Assembly: GCA_963674705.1 (NCBI GenBank) | Contig: OY771506.1 | Span: 4,320,001 to 4,384,000, forward strand | DNA length: 64,000 bases | Direction: 5' to 3' | Source of the DNA: Phycisphaeraceae bacterium | Lineage (GTDB): Bacteria; Planctomycetota; Phycisphaerae; Phycisphaerales; Phycisphaeraceae | Shown: in pieces, positions 51,259-61,414 of the stretch | Position numbering within the stretch: the first letter of the stretch is position 1 | How the letters are laid out: each line of letters begins with the position of its first letter | Translations under genes and position numbers: made by a program | Notes under the pieces: model-generated | Told to the model about the DNA's origin: nothing | The model's input: only the letters and a program-made list of their open reading frames with translations | The model's database searches: none

Positions 51259-51873
51259 TCAGTTCAGTAGTTGCTGGCGGAACCAGGCGTCGGGGAAACG
51301 GCTGGTCGCGGTGCTGGCACCGATCTGGGCGTAGACGTTGTTCTTGGGGATGTCGTAACGCTGCTGAAGCTGCTGGATCAGCCAGATGAGCTGGTTGAGT
51401 TGGGCTTCGGTGAACTGATCCTTATCGCCTTGGCCGATCAGGCAGATCCCGATGGCGTCGGGCCAGTTGGCGGTGTCGGCCTCGAAGAAGCTGCCTGGCG
51501 CCTGGCTGGTCCATCGGAAGCCGACCTCGATCTTGCCGTTGTCGTTACCGGGGCCGTTATCAATCACAAAGTGATAACCAAGGCCGCCCTTCCCTAGCTT
51601 CTGGTGGAGGCGATGCAGGGTCTGAGCCGAGCCTTGAGCGGTTCGGCTGTCATGCACCACGATGGAGGTCCAGCGGACTTCCGGGGCGGTGGTGTCAAAC
51701 AGCTTGTCCTGGGGTTGATCGTTGTCACGGCTACCCTGATCGATGGATTGCAGCGGCACGCCTGCACGCGGAGCGGAGGGGCCGGGCTCCAGCAACAGGA
51801 GTATCCCGCTGGTGACCGTCATCGCGGCCACAAGAGCACCCAACACCATCAACGTACGTCTATCCGGGACCAA
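51259..51873 (-). CDS. membrane-anchored Amidase_2/PGRP-like protein, probably catalytically incomplete
   Basis: N-terminal TM; IVVHDS, GLGYHFVI, AIGICLIG, QL..L; C-terminal His/Cys ligands absent. Confidence 0.8.
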   Translation of the reverse strand: MVPDRRTLMVLGALVAAMTVTSGILLLLEPGPSAPRAGVPLQSIDQGSRDNDQPQDKLFDTTAPEVRWTSIVVHDSRTAQGSAQTLHRLHQKLGKGGLGYHFVIDNGPGNDNGKIEVGFRWTSQAPGSFFEADTANWPDAIGICLIGQGDKDQFTEAQLNQLIWLIQQLQQRYDIPKNNVYAQIGASTATSRFPDAWFRQQLLN

Positions 51874-52003
51874 GACAGTATCCCCATCTCTTGACGTGAA
51901 AACACGTCTGTCAATCTTAACTCTACAATCTTTTCGGTCGGTCGCCTAACTGTCTTTGAATTTCGGTGACATTTTGGCGTGATAACCGTTAAATTCGGCG
52001 TTT

Positions 52004-52222
52004 TCAGCGTTGGTCGAGGGGAGCAAGACGTTGACGCAAGGCCGGTCGCTCCTCTCCAAGAGCCGTGGTCTGGCGTGGAGGGCGATATTCACCCCGTAAG
52101 GACTGGTATCGCTCGTATTGGGTGCGTGTCGTTCCGTCAGTAAAAAGTGACTTCTGACACCCGCCGGCCATCACAACCGCTACGACCATCACAAGCCCGA
52201 TCCCCTGTCGCGTTTGCTTCAT
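52004..52222 (-). CDS. small lipoprotein
   Basis: Basic N-terminus, hydrophobic core, AGGC lipobox. Confidence 0.7.
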   Translation of the reverse strand: MKQTRQGIGLVMVVAVVMAGGCQKSLFTDGTTRTQYERYQSLRGEYRPPRQTTALGEERPALRQRLAPLDQR

Positions 52223-52257
52223 GATTGGATTGTAGCTGTGAGGGGGAGGGAAGACAA

Positions 52258-52379
52258 AAAAGCAGAAAATGGTAAAAGCAGGAAAGCAAAAAATCCGATC
52301 CAGCCGTCCGGCAACCTGACGCGATCCGGAGCGATTGCTCTATTTCCTGCTTTTCTGCTTTTCACATTTTCTGCTTTTC
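52258..52379. repeat. AGCAGAAA/TTTCTGCT inverted-repeat element overlapping the stop codon of the upstream gene
   Basis: AAAAGCAGAAAATGGTAAAAGCAGGAAAGC.. pairs with ..CTGCTTTTCTGCTTTTCACATTTTCTGCTTTT. Confidence 0.8.
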
Positions 52380-53213
52380 CAACACCCCCACCTGCCTCTT
52401 CGCGACCTTCAACGTCCTCCACCACAACCAAGTCAGTACAACCGCGAACACCAGGGCGTAAATGATCGGGAGGATGAAGGAGAATGAGCCACCTGGGACG
52501 ATGTTCAGGCGAACGAGCAGGAAGCCGGCGAAGCTGAACAAGGCCAAGCCGACTGCGGTGGCGATCCAGTATTGGGTCAGTTTCTTCCAGTCGCTTGATA
52601 ATGCTTCATCCGGGACGCGCTGGGCGAGCAGTTGCAGGTAGCGCCAGGTGGAAAGCAGGCCCAGGACGTAGACGGCATGGGCGGTGAGGAACAGGACATC
52701 GAACATGGGAAACTCGCTGTTGCCTCCACCGAAGGCGGATCGCCATCGCATGTTCCAGTTGCCGGCCAGGCGCTGGTCAGAATACGCGACATAGAACAGA
52801 GCGCCGAAGGTCATGATCGAAAGTACGATCGCGCCGGCGAGTGAGGTCCAGCGTGCAGCCATGCGGTAGCTGCGATCAAACGAAGGCTCGACGCGCTTGG
52901 GCTGGGCGGCGGTCAACAGCCAGATACCGACCCAGGAAATGACGACACCGAAGTAGACCACCGGGAAGGCGAAAAGAACCGAGTATCGCAGCAGCTTGGC
53001 CCCCCACTTCAAACGCTTGAGCCAGTCGGCCGGCGCGGTCGCGAGGCGATCCCCACGGGCGGAGATCAATACGGACATGCCACATTCAGGGCATGACGCA
53101 TCAAGCGCAAGCGTGCGGAGGTTGTAACCGCATTCAGCGCAGGGCAGGTCTTCGTTGACACGGTCGATGTCTACAGCAGCAGGTTCGATCATGGAAGATG
53201 GAGTAGAAGACAT
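52362..53213 (-). CDS. zinc-ribbon membrane protein
   Basis: CAECGYNLRTL....CPECG followed by ~5 TM helices. Confidence 0.8.
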   Translation of the reverse strand: MSSTPSSMIEPAAVDIDRVNEDLPCAECGYNLRTLALDASCPECGMSVLISARGDRLATAPADWLKRLKWGAKLLRYSVLFAFPVVYFGVVISWVGIWLLTAAQPKRVEPSFDRSYRMAARWTSLAGAIVLSIMTFGALFYVAYSDQRLAGNWNMRWRSAFGGGNSEFPMFDVLFLTAHAVYVLGLLSTWRYLQLLAQRVPDEALSSDWKKLTQYWIATAVGLALFSFAGFLLVRLNIVPGGSFSFILPIIYALVFAVVLTWLWWRTLKVAKRQVGVLEKQKM

Positions 53214-53275
53214 GGTAATGATGATACGTTGAGGCGGGTGATTCTGTTCAACAGGTGAATAGTATCAGCAGAAGT

Positions 53276-53305
53276 AAAACCACCCCGATCAGATGACCGG
53301 GGTGG
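53276..53305 (-). terminator. intrinsic terminator after the PEP-CTERM pair
   Basis: Minus strand CCACCCCG..CGGGGTGG followed by TTTT. Confidence 0.65.
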
Positions 53306-53336
53306 CGTGGGTTATTCAGTTTTTCGGACGTCGCTT

Positions 53337-54059
53337 TCAGCGGCCCTTGCGGCTGAGTAGCGCCAGGCCACCGAGGCCCAACAGGCTCAACGAGGCCGGC
53401 TCAGGCACGGCTTCGAACAGGTAACCGGCAGCACGCTGCGAAACATATGTCGCGGCTGTGGATTCCTGAATCAGGGTGTAGGTGGTGTTGGCATCGAGCG
53501 TGACGGTGCCCAACGGGATCCACTCGCCACCGGTACCCGCATCCGGGATACCATCGCCTGTCACATCGCGCGGCGGCATGGCGGTGTTCTGATCCAGCAA
53601 AACACTCAGCAGGACGTTGACGCCGGTGGTCAGTGTGAATACTGACGGGCCGCCGGACATGTTGTTGCTGTGCGGCCAGGTGGCGTAGATGTTGTATTCA
53701 CCCGTAGCACCGGCAACCAAGGAGCTGCCGACTGTGCCGTACTGGTTGAGCACCAGGCCGGCGGTCGGGTTGGTCAGTTCATTGTCGCCATCCACCGCGG
53801 GCGTATAGGTGACGGTGTATGTGTCAACATTGGAACCATTACCACCAAAGATGCTGTCGCCGCCGGTTAAACCGACCGCGGTGCTGAGCGCACTCTGGCT
53901 GGCGCTGGTCGTGTCACCACCGAAGGCGAAGTTCGGGTGGTAAGTCAAGACACCATCATCAGCGCCATCTGTGTCGATCTCCAGCACATAGCTGGCCCGG
54001 GCGGTTGTAGCCATCATGAGGGCGGCTGCACACCCGATTCCCATCATTGTTTTAAACAT
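53337..54059 (-). CDS. PEP-CTERM sorting-domain protein
   Basis: Signal peptide; VPEPASLSLLGLGGLALLSRKGR. Confidence 0.92.
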   Translation of the reverse strand: MFKTMMGIGCAAALMMATTARASYVLEIDTDGADDGVLTYHPNFAFGGDTTSASQSALSTAVGLTGGDSIFGGNGSNVDTYTVTYTPAVDGDNELTNPTAGLVLNQYGTVGSSLVAGATGEYNIYATWPHSNNMSGGPSVFTLTTGVNVLLSVLLDQNTAMPPRDVTGDGIPDAGTGGEWIPLGTVTLDANTTYTLIQESTAATYVSQRAAGYLFEAVPEPASLSLLGLGGLALLSRKGR

Positions 54060-54115
54060 GCATTTCTCCTTTCCGTTTCGTAACAGTAGTCAAAGCACAA
54101 GGCATCGAAGTGTTA

Positions 54116-54850
54116 TTAACGACGGCGCAGCATTGCCAGACCACCGAGGCCTAGAAGAGCAAGGCTGGCGGGTTCGGGGATGACTTCCAGCTTGACGTTG
54201 TCGAAGTTCGCGCCACCGCCGGCGGAGCTGAGGCCCAGGCCGAGACGGACGGTATCGATCGGATAGCTTACGTTGAAGTCAGCAGCGAGCACCGCGGTGG
54301 CGTTGATGTAGCCGTCACCGTTCAGGTCGAGTGTGAAGGTGGCGGTGGCGCCGTCGAGGACGACCTGGTAGGTGTGCCAGCCGACGACCGGTGCATTGGA
54401 AATCGGGTCGCCGTTGTCATCGACGATGTTGTCAAAGGCAACCCAACTCGGGCCGGGCAGCACGGCGCGGACCGCGTAGTGCGAGGGTGCGTTGTACATA
54501 CCCATTTCGAATAGGTTGGCCACACTGGAACTGCGCAGGCCGGCGGTGATGCGCTTGTTGGCACTGACGCCGTCGTCGTAGATGTCGACGGTGTAGACCA
54601 CGGGGTTGGCAGCGGTCGGGGTCAGGCCGGCGATGGTCTGCTGATTCTGAGCGCCACCGGGGAAGTAAAGCGACTGCCCGGGATTACCCAGCACGGTGTC
54701 GAGTGTACCGGCGCCGGTACCCCAGACAACCTGCATTGCGGCCGTGTCTGCATAGCTTTCGAAGTCATCTTCGACGATGACCGAAGCCTGAGCGGATACG
54801 GCAAACGCCATCGCTGCAACGCATCCGAGCCCAATAAACGATTTAACCAT
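54116..54850 (-). CDS. PEP-CTERM sorting-domain protein
   Basis: Signal peptide; IPEPASLALLGLGGLAMLRRR. Confidence 0.92.
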   Translation of the reverse strand: MVKSFIGLGCVAAMAFAVSAQASVIVEDDFESYADTAAMQVVWGTGAGTLDTVLGNPGQSLYFPGGAQNQQTIAGLTPTAANPVVYTVDIYDDGVSANKRITAGLRSSSVANLFEMGMYNAPSHYAVRAVLPGPSWVAFDNIVDDNGDPISNAPVVGWHTYQVVLDGATATFTLDLNGDGYINATAVLAADFNVSYPIDTVRLGLGLSSAGGGANFDNVKLEVIPEPASLALLGLGGLAMLRRR

Positions 54851-55317
54851 CACTCTCCTCCTTAGCAAAATAAGATGTGTTTACAACAGTAATATTCAAC
54901 CCCACATGACTTGATGTGGAATGACCCATTTGAATGCAGCATCGGGGGCTTTCTCCTCTCCCGATGATATGACCACTATATTATATAACCACAAGGCGTA
55001 TGTCTTACAAGTATTTCATTGCAGAATCTGGTCAAATTAATGAGATTTCATGGGATTAAGAGTATAAGAACGCCAGATTGACCGGATGTGGCGCGATTTT
55101 GAGGTCGGGATTGCAGTTTACCCAGATTAACAGGCTGGACCAGGCAATTCCGATTATTTCGCGTCGGTGTCGCTAAAAAAAGTACGAAAATTCTATAATT
55201 CCCCCTCCACCTGGCAGATTTGTCGTGGTACCCTTTTATCGAGCACTGTTTGGGGGTTAACAGACAATCTAAACGTTCGAGCCGACTGAATATCAGTTCA
55301 CACCGGAGGCCCAAACA

Positions 55318-56925
55318 ATGCGGTTCGTCAGGATAGCTGTGAAGTTAGATCAGGTTCGCCAACTTACACGTGTTACATCCGTTAGTGGTCTGGCCTGGCT
55401 GATGGGACTGGCAATTGCCACATCTGCCGTCCACGCGGCATTCCAGCAGTACGAGACGATCAACGTCGTCGGTATCGGGGAGGTGGCGACCGAGACAGAC
55501 TATGTGCCAAACGTGGTCTACCGGGAAAACGGGGCCGCCAGCTACGAAGCCCTCAAAGCCCAGGCTGTCGCTGCCAGAACGTATGCGTATTACAAGATCC
55601 GACTGTACGGCACGATCTACAACGGCACACAGGACCAGGTCTACGGCACCGGGTACGGCGCCAGTCCACAACACTACGCCGCCGCAGCCGACACCGAGGG
55701 CGAAATCCTGACGATCCGCAACTACAACGACCTGGACGTGCTGATCGCCGCGTTTTATGTGGCCGGCGCGATCCCGACCGGGCCGACACCTGAACCTTAC
55801 CCGTGGGATAACGATTACTCCGGCACCGAACATTATGTCACGCACACCTACCCCACCGGCGTAACCGGTGGCTACAACTATGGCACGACCCTGGGCTTTC
55901 AAGGCACCGTGTCCAACCCGAACTGGCCTAACCGCGGATGCAAGAGTCAGAACGGCGCGAACTGGATGGGTCAGCATGGGTACAGCTACGTCGACATCCT
56001 GAAGTACTACTACGGCGCTGACATCCAACTTGAAACCGTCGCAACGACTGCCGGGCAAGCGCCTCTGCAGAACCTCAAAACACTGACCGACTTCGAGCTG
56101 AATAACGGCTACTTCGGCAACGCAGCCGACTTCTCAAACTACAACCTGAATCTCGGCGCGGGCACCAGTTCGCAGCGCGACAGCAGCGAAGCGTACGACG
56201 GTTCATACAGCCAGCGGATCGATATCGATCTGGACGAGGCCTCGGGCAGTGAGTTTCTTTTCCATCATGTCGCCGGAACGGAATACGCCGGCGTGAACAA
56301 CATGTTTACCGGCCAGCGCGAAGCGAACCTCGCCCTGCAAACAGTGGGTTCGATCGGCTTCTGGCTGATGACCGAATCGCCCGATCTGACCGTGGCATTG
56401 AACCTGGATGATGATTACGACGGCACGGAGCAGAGCACGTTCGTGGATGTGATCGCGGACGGGCAGTGGCATAGGTATGAGTGGTCGCTGGAAGATGCGT
56501 CGCTGTGGTCGTCGGCCGCGTATGACAGCGGTGACGGCGTACTCGGCGATTCGATTTCGCTGGACTCGATCCTGTTTGCCGGCAACGCGGACAGCATCGT
56601 TTACCTGGATGAGATTTTCTATCGGCCGCCGAGTGATGGCATACCGGACCCGATCCCGGGCGATATCGATGGCGATGGTTTCGTTGGCCTGAGCGACCTT
56701 GATATTCTGCTGAGCTTCTGGAACCAGAACGTGCCCAAGGGCGACATCTCCAAGGGCGATCTGGCGGGCATCGGCGACGGGTATGTCGGGTTGAGCGACC
56801 TGAACGTGATCCTCAATAACTGGAACGCAAGCACACCACCGGCAGATGGTACAACAGCGGTGCCGGAGCCTGGCACGGTGTTGATGCTTGGCGTACTGGG
56901 ACTGATTTCATTCCGTCGCGTCTGA
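55318..56925 (+). CDS. SpoIID/LytB-domain protein with dockerin-like repeats and PEP-CTERM
   Basis: VVYRE, EALKAQAVAARTYA, DQVY, SQNGA..M, ILKYYY; GDIDGDGFVGLSDL x2; VPEPG..RR. Confidence 0.88.
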   Translation: MRFVRIAVKLDQVRQLTRVTSVSGLAWLMGLAIATSAVHAAFQQYETINVVGIGEVATETDYVPNVVYRENGAASYEALKAQAVAARTYAYYKIRLYGTIYNGTQDQVYGTGYGASPQHYAAAADTEGEILTIRNYNDLDVLIAAFYVAGAIPTGPTPEPYPWDNDYSGTEHYVTHTYPTGVTGGYNYGTTLGFQGTVSNPNWPNRGCKSQNGANWMGQHGYSYVDILKYYYGADIQLETVATTAGQAPLQNLKTLTDFELNNGYFGNAADFSNYNLNLGAGTSSQRDSSEAYDGSYSQRIDIDLDEASGSEFLFHHVAGTEYAGVNNMFTGQREANLALQTVGSIGFWLMTESPDLTVALNLDDDYDGTEQSTFVDVIADGQWHRYEWSLEDASLWSSAAYDSGDGVLGDSISLDSILFAGNADSIVYLDEIFYRPPSDGIPDPIPGDIDGDGFVGLSDLDILLSFWNQNVPKGDISKGDLAGIGDGYVGLSDLNVILNNWNASTPPADGTTAVPEPGTVLMLGVLGLISFRRV

Positions 56926-56995
56926 CTGGTAGACTCTTCTGCATCAGGTACGTTGAACTTTCCACGTAAAGACCGGCGGTCAGGCCGGTAGATAA

Positions 56996-57367
56996 ATGCA
57001 TCGCGCCATATCAAAGCGTTCTCGCCACGAACTGAAGCGTTTAATCGAGAACGGCGTTTGCGAGATCAGTCAACTAACCGGATCGGGGCTTTGGTTTGTC
57101 GTTGATGAATTGGAAGTTGCTGGCAGCCCCCCTTCTAAGATTATGGTCTGGGCCACATTATGGTTTGGTGTCGAAGGCTCTCCCTACTGCTGTTCTGAAC
57201 CCGGGTGTCATCTTGGATCCGTTTTATTCAGTAATAAACTGGACGATTGGATCGGCAGGCAGATGGGCTTGAAACAGCCTGTCAGGGTGGACTTTGGTGA
57301 TCGGATCGCGGCACGTCAATTTAATGGTACTCGGTTTAAGCCCCCGTATAGCAGCCTTGAGGGATAG
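56996..57367 (+). CDS. hypothetical protein (lower GC)
   Basis: 123-aa ORF filling the gap, CC.EPGC motif; no recognisable family. Confidence 0.5.
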   Translation: MHRAISKRSRHELKRLIENGVCEISQLTGSGLWFVVDELEVAGSPPSKIMVWATLWFGVEGSPYCCSEPGCHLGSVLFSNKLDDWIGRQMGLKQPVRVDFGDRIAARQFNGTRFKPPYSSLEG

Positions 57368-57466
57368 AAACAGCGATTGGACGCGAGGGGCCAAATAAAT
57401 TATATAATAGTTTTGTGTAAGATCGTTTTTCATCCATCCAATCCACCATTTACATGGGCAAGAAGC

Positions 57467-58996
57467 ATGAATCTAAACCAGATCCAAAAAGCGGTTTTCA
57501 GCCTCCTGATTGCCATGACTTTATTGTTGATACCAGCATGTTCCAGCACCCCCCTGGCCAAGAAGGCGGACAAGGGTGTTCCGGATGTGCCGCGGGAGTA
57601 TCGTTCGGTCTGGGTAGCGACGGTGGCGAACATCGACTGGCCGAGCAAGCCGGGGCTTTCGGTTGAAGATCAGCAGGCGGAGATGATCGCCCTGCTGGAT
57701 AAGTGCGTGGAGTTGAACTTCAACTCGGTAATCCTCCAGGTCAGGCCGGCGGGCGATGCGCTGTATGACAGCAAGCTTGAGCCGTGGTCGTACTACCTGA
57801 CCGGCGAGATGGGCAAAGCGCCCGAGCCTTACTACGACCCGCTGACGTTTGCGGTCGAAGAAGCGCACAAGCGCGGGCTGGAACTGCACGCGTGGTTCAA
57901 CCCGTATCGCGCCCTGCTGCTGGATACGAAGGGCGAGGTTTCGGATAACCACCTGAGCAAGACACATCCCGAGGTCGTACACAAGTATGGCAAGTATCTC
58001 TGGATGGACCCATCCGAACCGGTCGTGCAGCAGCATTCGCTGAACGTGATCCTCGACGTCGTGAAGCGCTACGACATTGATGGCATCCATATGGATGACT
58101 ACTTCTATCCGTACCCGGTCAACGATGACAACGGCAAGCGTGTGCCCTTCCCGGATGACCGTAGCTGGAAGGCGTACAAGGATGCGGGCGGGAAGCTGAG
58201 CCGGGACGACTGGCGTCGGCAGAGCGTCAACGAATTCATCGAAAAAATGTACAAGGAGACGAAGAAGCTCAAGCCGCACGTGCAGGTCGGGCTCTCGCCG
58301 TTCGGTATCTGTCGGCCGGGCAATCCGTCTTACATCAAGGGGTTCGATCAGTACGAAAGCATGTACGCCGACACATTGCTGTGGCTTCAGAAGGGCTGGG
58401 TGGACTACTTCACGCCGCAGCTTTACTGGGAGATCGCGAAGCCCGATCAGAGCTTTACGGGTTTGTTGGGCTGGTGGACCGAGCAGAACAAGAAGAAGCG
58501 TCACATCTGGCCGGGCGTGGCGACGTACCGCACGGGTAAGCAGATCGACGACAACGAGATCCAGTACCAGATCCAGTGGACGCGCATCATCACGCCCAAG
58601 AGCCCGGGCACGGTTCACTTCTCGATGAAGTGGTACATGAATGAAGACTTCGTGGTGAACAAGCAGTTGAAGGAATCGATCTACGCCAATCAAGCCCTGC
58701 CGCCGGCGTCGCCGTGGTTGGGTAAGAAGAAGCCAGTAGCACTCAATGCGTGGATTACCGAAGTCGCCGATGGCCAAGTCGCCGTGAAAGCCGAACCGAA
58801 GATGCTGGTCGGCGTCGGCTGGTGGATTGTACAGGTCAAGCAAGGTGGCAAATGGACGACGCAGATCGTACCCGCAGCAAGTTCCGAGACAACGATCAAA
58901 CTTGCCAATACCGATGAGAAGATCGACCGCGTGGTGGTGTCACAGGTCAGCCGAACCGGCATTCAGAGCAAGCACACCGAGCTTGAGCTGCCGTGA
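57467..58996 (+). CDS. glycoside hydrolase-like family 10 (GHL10/DUF187, YddW/DigH-like) lipoprotein 1
   Basis: IPAC lipobox; REYRSVWVATVANIDWPS, QVRP.GDALY, ELHAWFNPYR, DGIHMDDYFYPY, PQLYW. Confidence 0.92.
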   Translation: MNLNQIQKAVFSLLIAMTLLLIPACSSTPLAKKADKGVPDVPREYRSVWVATVANIDWPSKPGLSVEDQQAEMIALLDKCVELNFNSVILQVRPAGDALYDSKLEPWSYYLTGEMGKAPEPYYDPLTFAVEEAHKRGLELHAWFNPYRALLLDTKGEVSDNHLSKTHPEVVHKYGKYLWMDPSEPVVQQHSLNVILDVVKRYDIDGIHMDDYFYPYPVNDDNGKRVPFPDDRSWKAYKDAGGKLSRDDWRRQSVNEFIEKMYKETKKLKPHVQVGLSPFGICRPGNPSYIKGFDQYESMYADTLLWLQKGWVDYFTPQLYWEIAKPDQSFTGLLGWWTEQNKKKRHIWPGVATYRTGKQIDDNEIQYQIQWTRIITPKSPGTVHFSMKWYMNEDFVVNKQLKESIYANQALPPASPWLGKKKPVALNAWITEVADGQVAVKAEPKMLVGVGWWIVQVKQGGKWTTQIVPAASSETTIKLANTDEKIDRVVVSQVSRTGIQSKHTELELP

Positions 58997-59030
58997 CTTA
59001 TGGTTGATATCTGAATATGGATTTTCTGTA

Positions 59031-59056
59031 CCCCCGTCGGGAGACGGGGGTTTTTT
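59031..59056 (+). terminator. intrinsic terminator
   Basis: CCCCCGTC-GGGA-GACGGGGG-TTTTTT, identical to 60853-60878. Confidence 0.9.
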
Positions 59057-59290
59057 GTTGGTATGTGGGGGCATCAAAAAACAATCCGACCGGGATGAAA
59101 GGAACCCGACCGGGATGGCCGGGCTATAAGCGGGCCGGGCGTGTCAGGCGAATCATATTTTCCACGATTGTGGATAAATAAGTACGATTGATCTTCTGAT
59201 ACTGATATTTATATAATTATCCTGCTGGGGTCATGTAACTTCTTTTTCACGTTCTGTGCAATTCGTTCACTTAAAACTTGGGGTCACATC

Positions 59291-60817
59291 ATGTTAGAAC
59301 GCTTTACGCTTGCAGTTTTTACAGCTTGTTTACTGCTCTTGCTGAGTGCGTGTTCAACCTCCCAACTTGGCGTGAACAGGGGGAAACAGGTTCAGGCAGT
59401 GCCGGAGGTACCGCGTGAATTTCGCGGGATCTGGGTCGCGACGGTGGCAAACATCGACTGGCCCAGCAAGCCGGGGCTTTCGACACAGCAGCAGAAAGAT
59501 GAGTTGATCGCCCTACTGGATAAGTGTGTCGAGTTGAAGTTCAACGCGGTGATCTTTCAGGTCCGGACCGCCGCGGACGCGTTGTATCAGAGTGATATCG
59601 AGCCGTGGTCGCCCTACCTGACGGGCAAGATGGGCCAAGCGCCGGAGCCGTTCTACGATCCGCTCGCGTTTGCGATCGAGGAGGCGCATAAACGAGGACT
59701 TGAGCTGCACGCGTGGTTCAATCCCTACCGCGCATTATTCAGCAGCAACGGAGACAACGTTTCAGCAGACCACATCAGCCAGACCAATCCGGATGATGTT
59801 GTGACGTATGGACCTTACCTATGGATGGTTCCGACATCTGAGTTCGTGCAGCAGCGTGCTATTGATGTGATGGTCGACGTTGCCAGGCGATACGATGTCG
59901 ACGGTATTCACATTGACGACTACTTCTATCCCTACCGTGAGCAGGATGAACAGGGTAATGAAGTTCCGTTCCCCGATGACCTGAGTTGGAAGGCATACAA
60001 GGATTCCGGCGGCAAACTGGGCCAGAGCGACTGGCGTCGCAAAGCCGTGGACGACTTTGTTGAACGGCTGTACAAGCAAGTGAAGCAGGTCAAGCCGCAC
60101 GCGATGGTCGGCGTCTCCCCGATCGGCATATGGAAGCCGGGGCATCCGGAGCAGATCCGCGGCATCAATCAGTACGAGAGCATTTATGCCGACGCCAAAA
60201 AGTGGCTGAACAAGGGCTGGGCGGATTACTTCGTGCCACAGATCTACTGGCAGATTGCGAATCCCGACCAGAGTTTCCCGGTCCTGCTCAGCTGGTGGGA
60301 GCAGGAGAACAAGAAGCACCGCCATGTCTGGCCCGGCCTGGCGGGTCACTTCCTGGAAAGCCGGTTTGCCGAAACCGAGCTGATGTACCAGGTCCGCTGG
60401 TCGAGAATTATTTTGAAGGACGATCCGGGTGTGATCTACTTCTCGATGCAGTGGTTCATGAAGCCGGATTACATCTTGAACAAACAGTTAAAAGAAACAC
60501 TATATGCCGAGCCTGCTTTGCCCCCCGCGTCGCCGTGGCTGGACAAAAAGAAACCTGATCCAATCGCTGCGAAGGTCACGAAGATCGAGGACGGCAAAGT
60601 GATCGTAAAAGCGGATGCCGGGACACTGGTCGATGTCGGCTGGTGGGTCGTGCAGATCGAGCAGGATGGCAAGTGGACGTATGACATCAAACCTGTGGCG
60701 AAGAAGACGGCGAAGATCAAACTAGCCGACGCTGAGAAGAAGGTGGATCGCGTGGTGGTATCACAAGTCAGCAGAACAGGCATTCAGAGCAAGTACACAG
60801 AGCTTGAGCTGCCGTGA
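59291..60817 (+). CDS. GHL10/DUF187 lipoprotein 2 (tandem paralogue)
   Basis: LSAC lipobox; same motifs; near-identical C-terminus VVVSQVSRTGIQSK.TELELP. Confidence 0.92.
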   Translation: MLERFTLAVFTACLLLLLSACSTSQLGVNRGKQVQAVPEVPREFRGIWVATVANIDWPSKPGLSTQQQKDELIALLDKCVELKFNAVIFQVRTAADALYQSDIEPWSPYLTGKMGQAPEPFYDPLAFAIEEAHKRGLELHAWFNPYRALFSSNGDNVSADHISQTNPDDVVTYGPYLWMVPTSEFVQQRAIDVMVDVARRYDVDGIHIDDYFYPYREQDEQGNEVPFPDDLSWKAYKDSGGKLGQSDWRRKAVDDFVERLYKQVKQVKPHAMVGVSPIGIWKPGHPEQIRGINQYESIYADAKKWLNKGWADYFVPQIYWQIANPDQSFPVLLSWWEQENKKHRHVWPGLAGHFLESRFAETELMYQVRWSRIILKDDPGVIYFSMQWFMKPDYILNKQLKETLYAEPALPPASPWLDKKKPDPIAAKVTKIEDGKVIVKADAGTLVDVGWWVVQIEQDGKWTYDIKPVAKKTAKIKLADAEKKVDRVVVSQVSRTGIQSKYTELELP

Positions 60818-60852
60818 CTGATGGTTGACATCTGAGTATGGATTATCTCTAG

Positions 60853-60878
60853 CCCCCGTCGGGAGACGGGGGTTTTTT
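60853..60878 (+). terminator. intrinsic terminator
   Basis: CCCCCGTC-GGGA-GACGGGGG-TTTTTT. Confidence 0.9.
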
Positions 60879-60919
60879 GTGTACCAGGGCACAGCCGGTG
60901 AACCGGCCTCGCCTGTGGG

Positions 60920-61342
60920 TCAGGTCAGTTCGTTCTGGAAGAACTCGATGAGTTCGCCGTCCGGGCCTTTGCAGAAGGCGATGCGGACGGGGACTTTGCC
61001 TTCATTGGCTTGGATGTCGACGGCGGTGGGCTCCATGGTGACTTCGCAGCCAGCGTCGCGGGCGCGTTTGAGAGCGGCGTCGGTGTCGTCGCAGCGGATG
61101 GCAAAGTGCAGGATCGGGCCGTCGCCTGACCCGGCCGGGGAATCCTTGTCTTCGAAGACCTCGAGATAGTTGCCGTCACCGGCATCGAGCATGACCGCCC
61201 GTTTGGGGGCCTGCTGCCAGTTGATCTTCTCGGTGAAGCCTAGGACCTGGGTGTAGAACCGGACGGTCTTATCAAAGTCTTTGGATCGGATCGCGACGTG
61301 GTGGAACCCCCCGCCGCCGAGTGTTTTGTTCTTGCCTGCCAT
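60920..61342 (-). CDS. VOC (glyoxalase/bleomycin-resistance) family protein
   Basis: FHHVAI, FYTQVLG, LEVF, HFAI, GPDGELIEF. Confidence 0.93.
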   Translation of the reverse strand: MAGKNKTLGGGGFHHVAIRSKDFDKTVRFYTQVLGFTEKINWQQAPKRAVMLDAGDGNYLEVFEDKDSPAGSGDGPILHFAIRCDDTDAALKRARDAGCEVTMEPTAVDIQANEGKVPVRIAFCKGPDGELIEFFQNELT

Positions 61343-61414
61343 GGGATTACTCCGTGTTTTGATGGGTTGCGGGCATTAGGATAGCGGATATTGCAGGCAG
61401 GCAAGGACCCCGGA

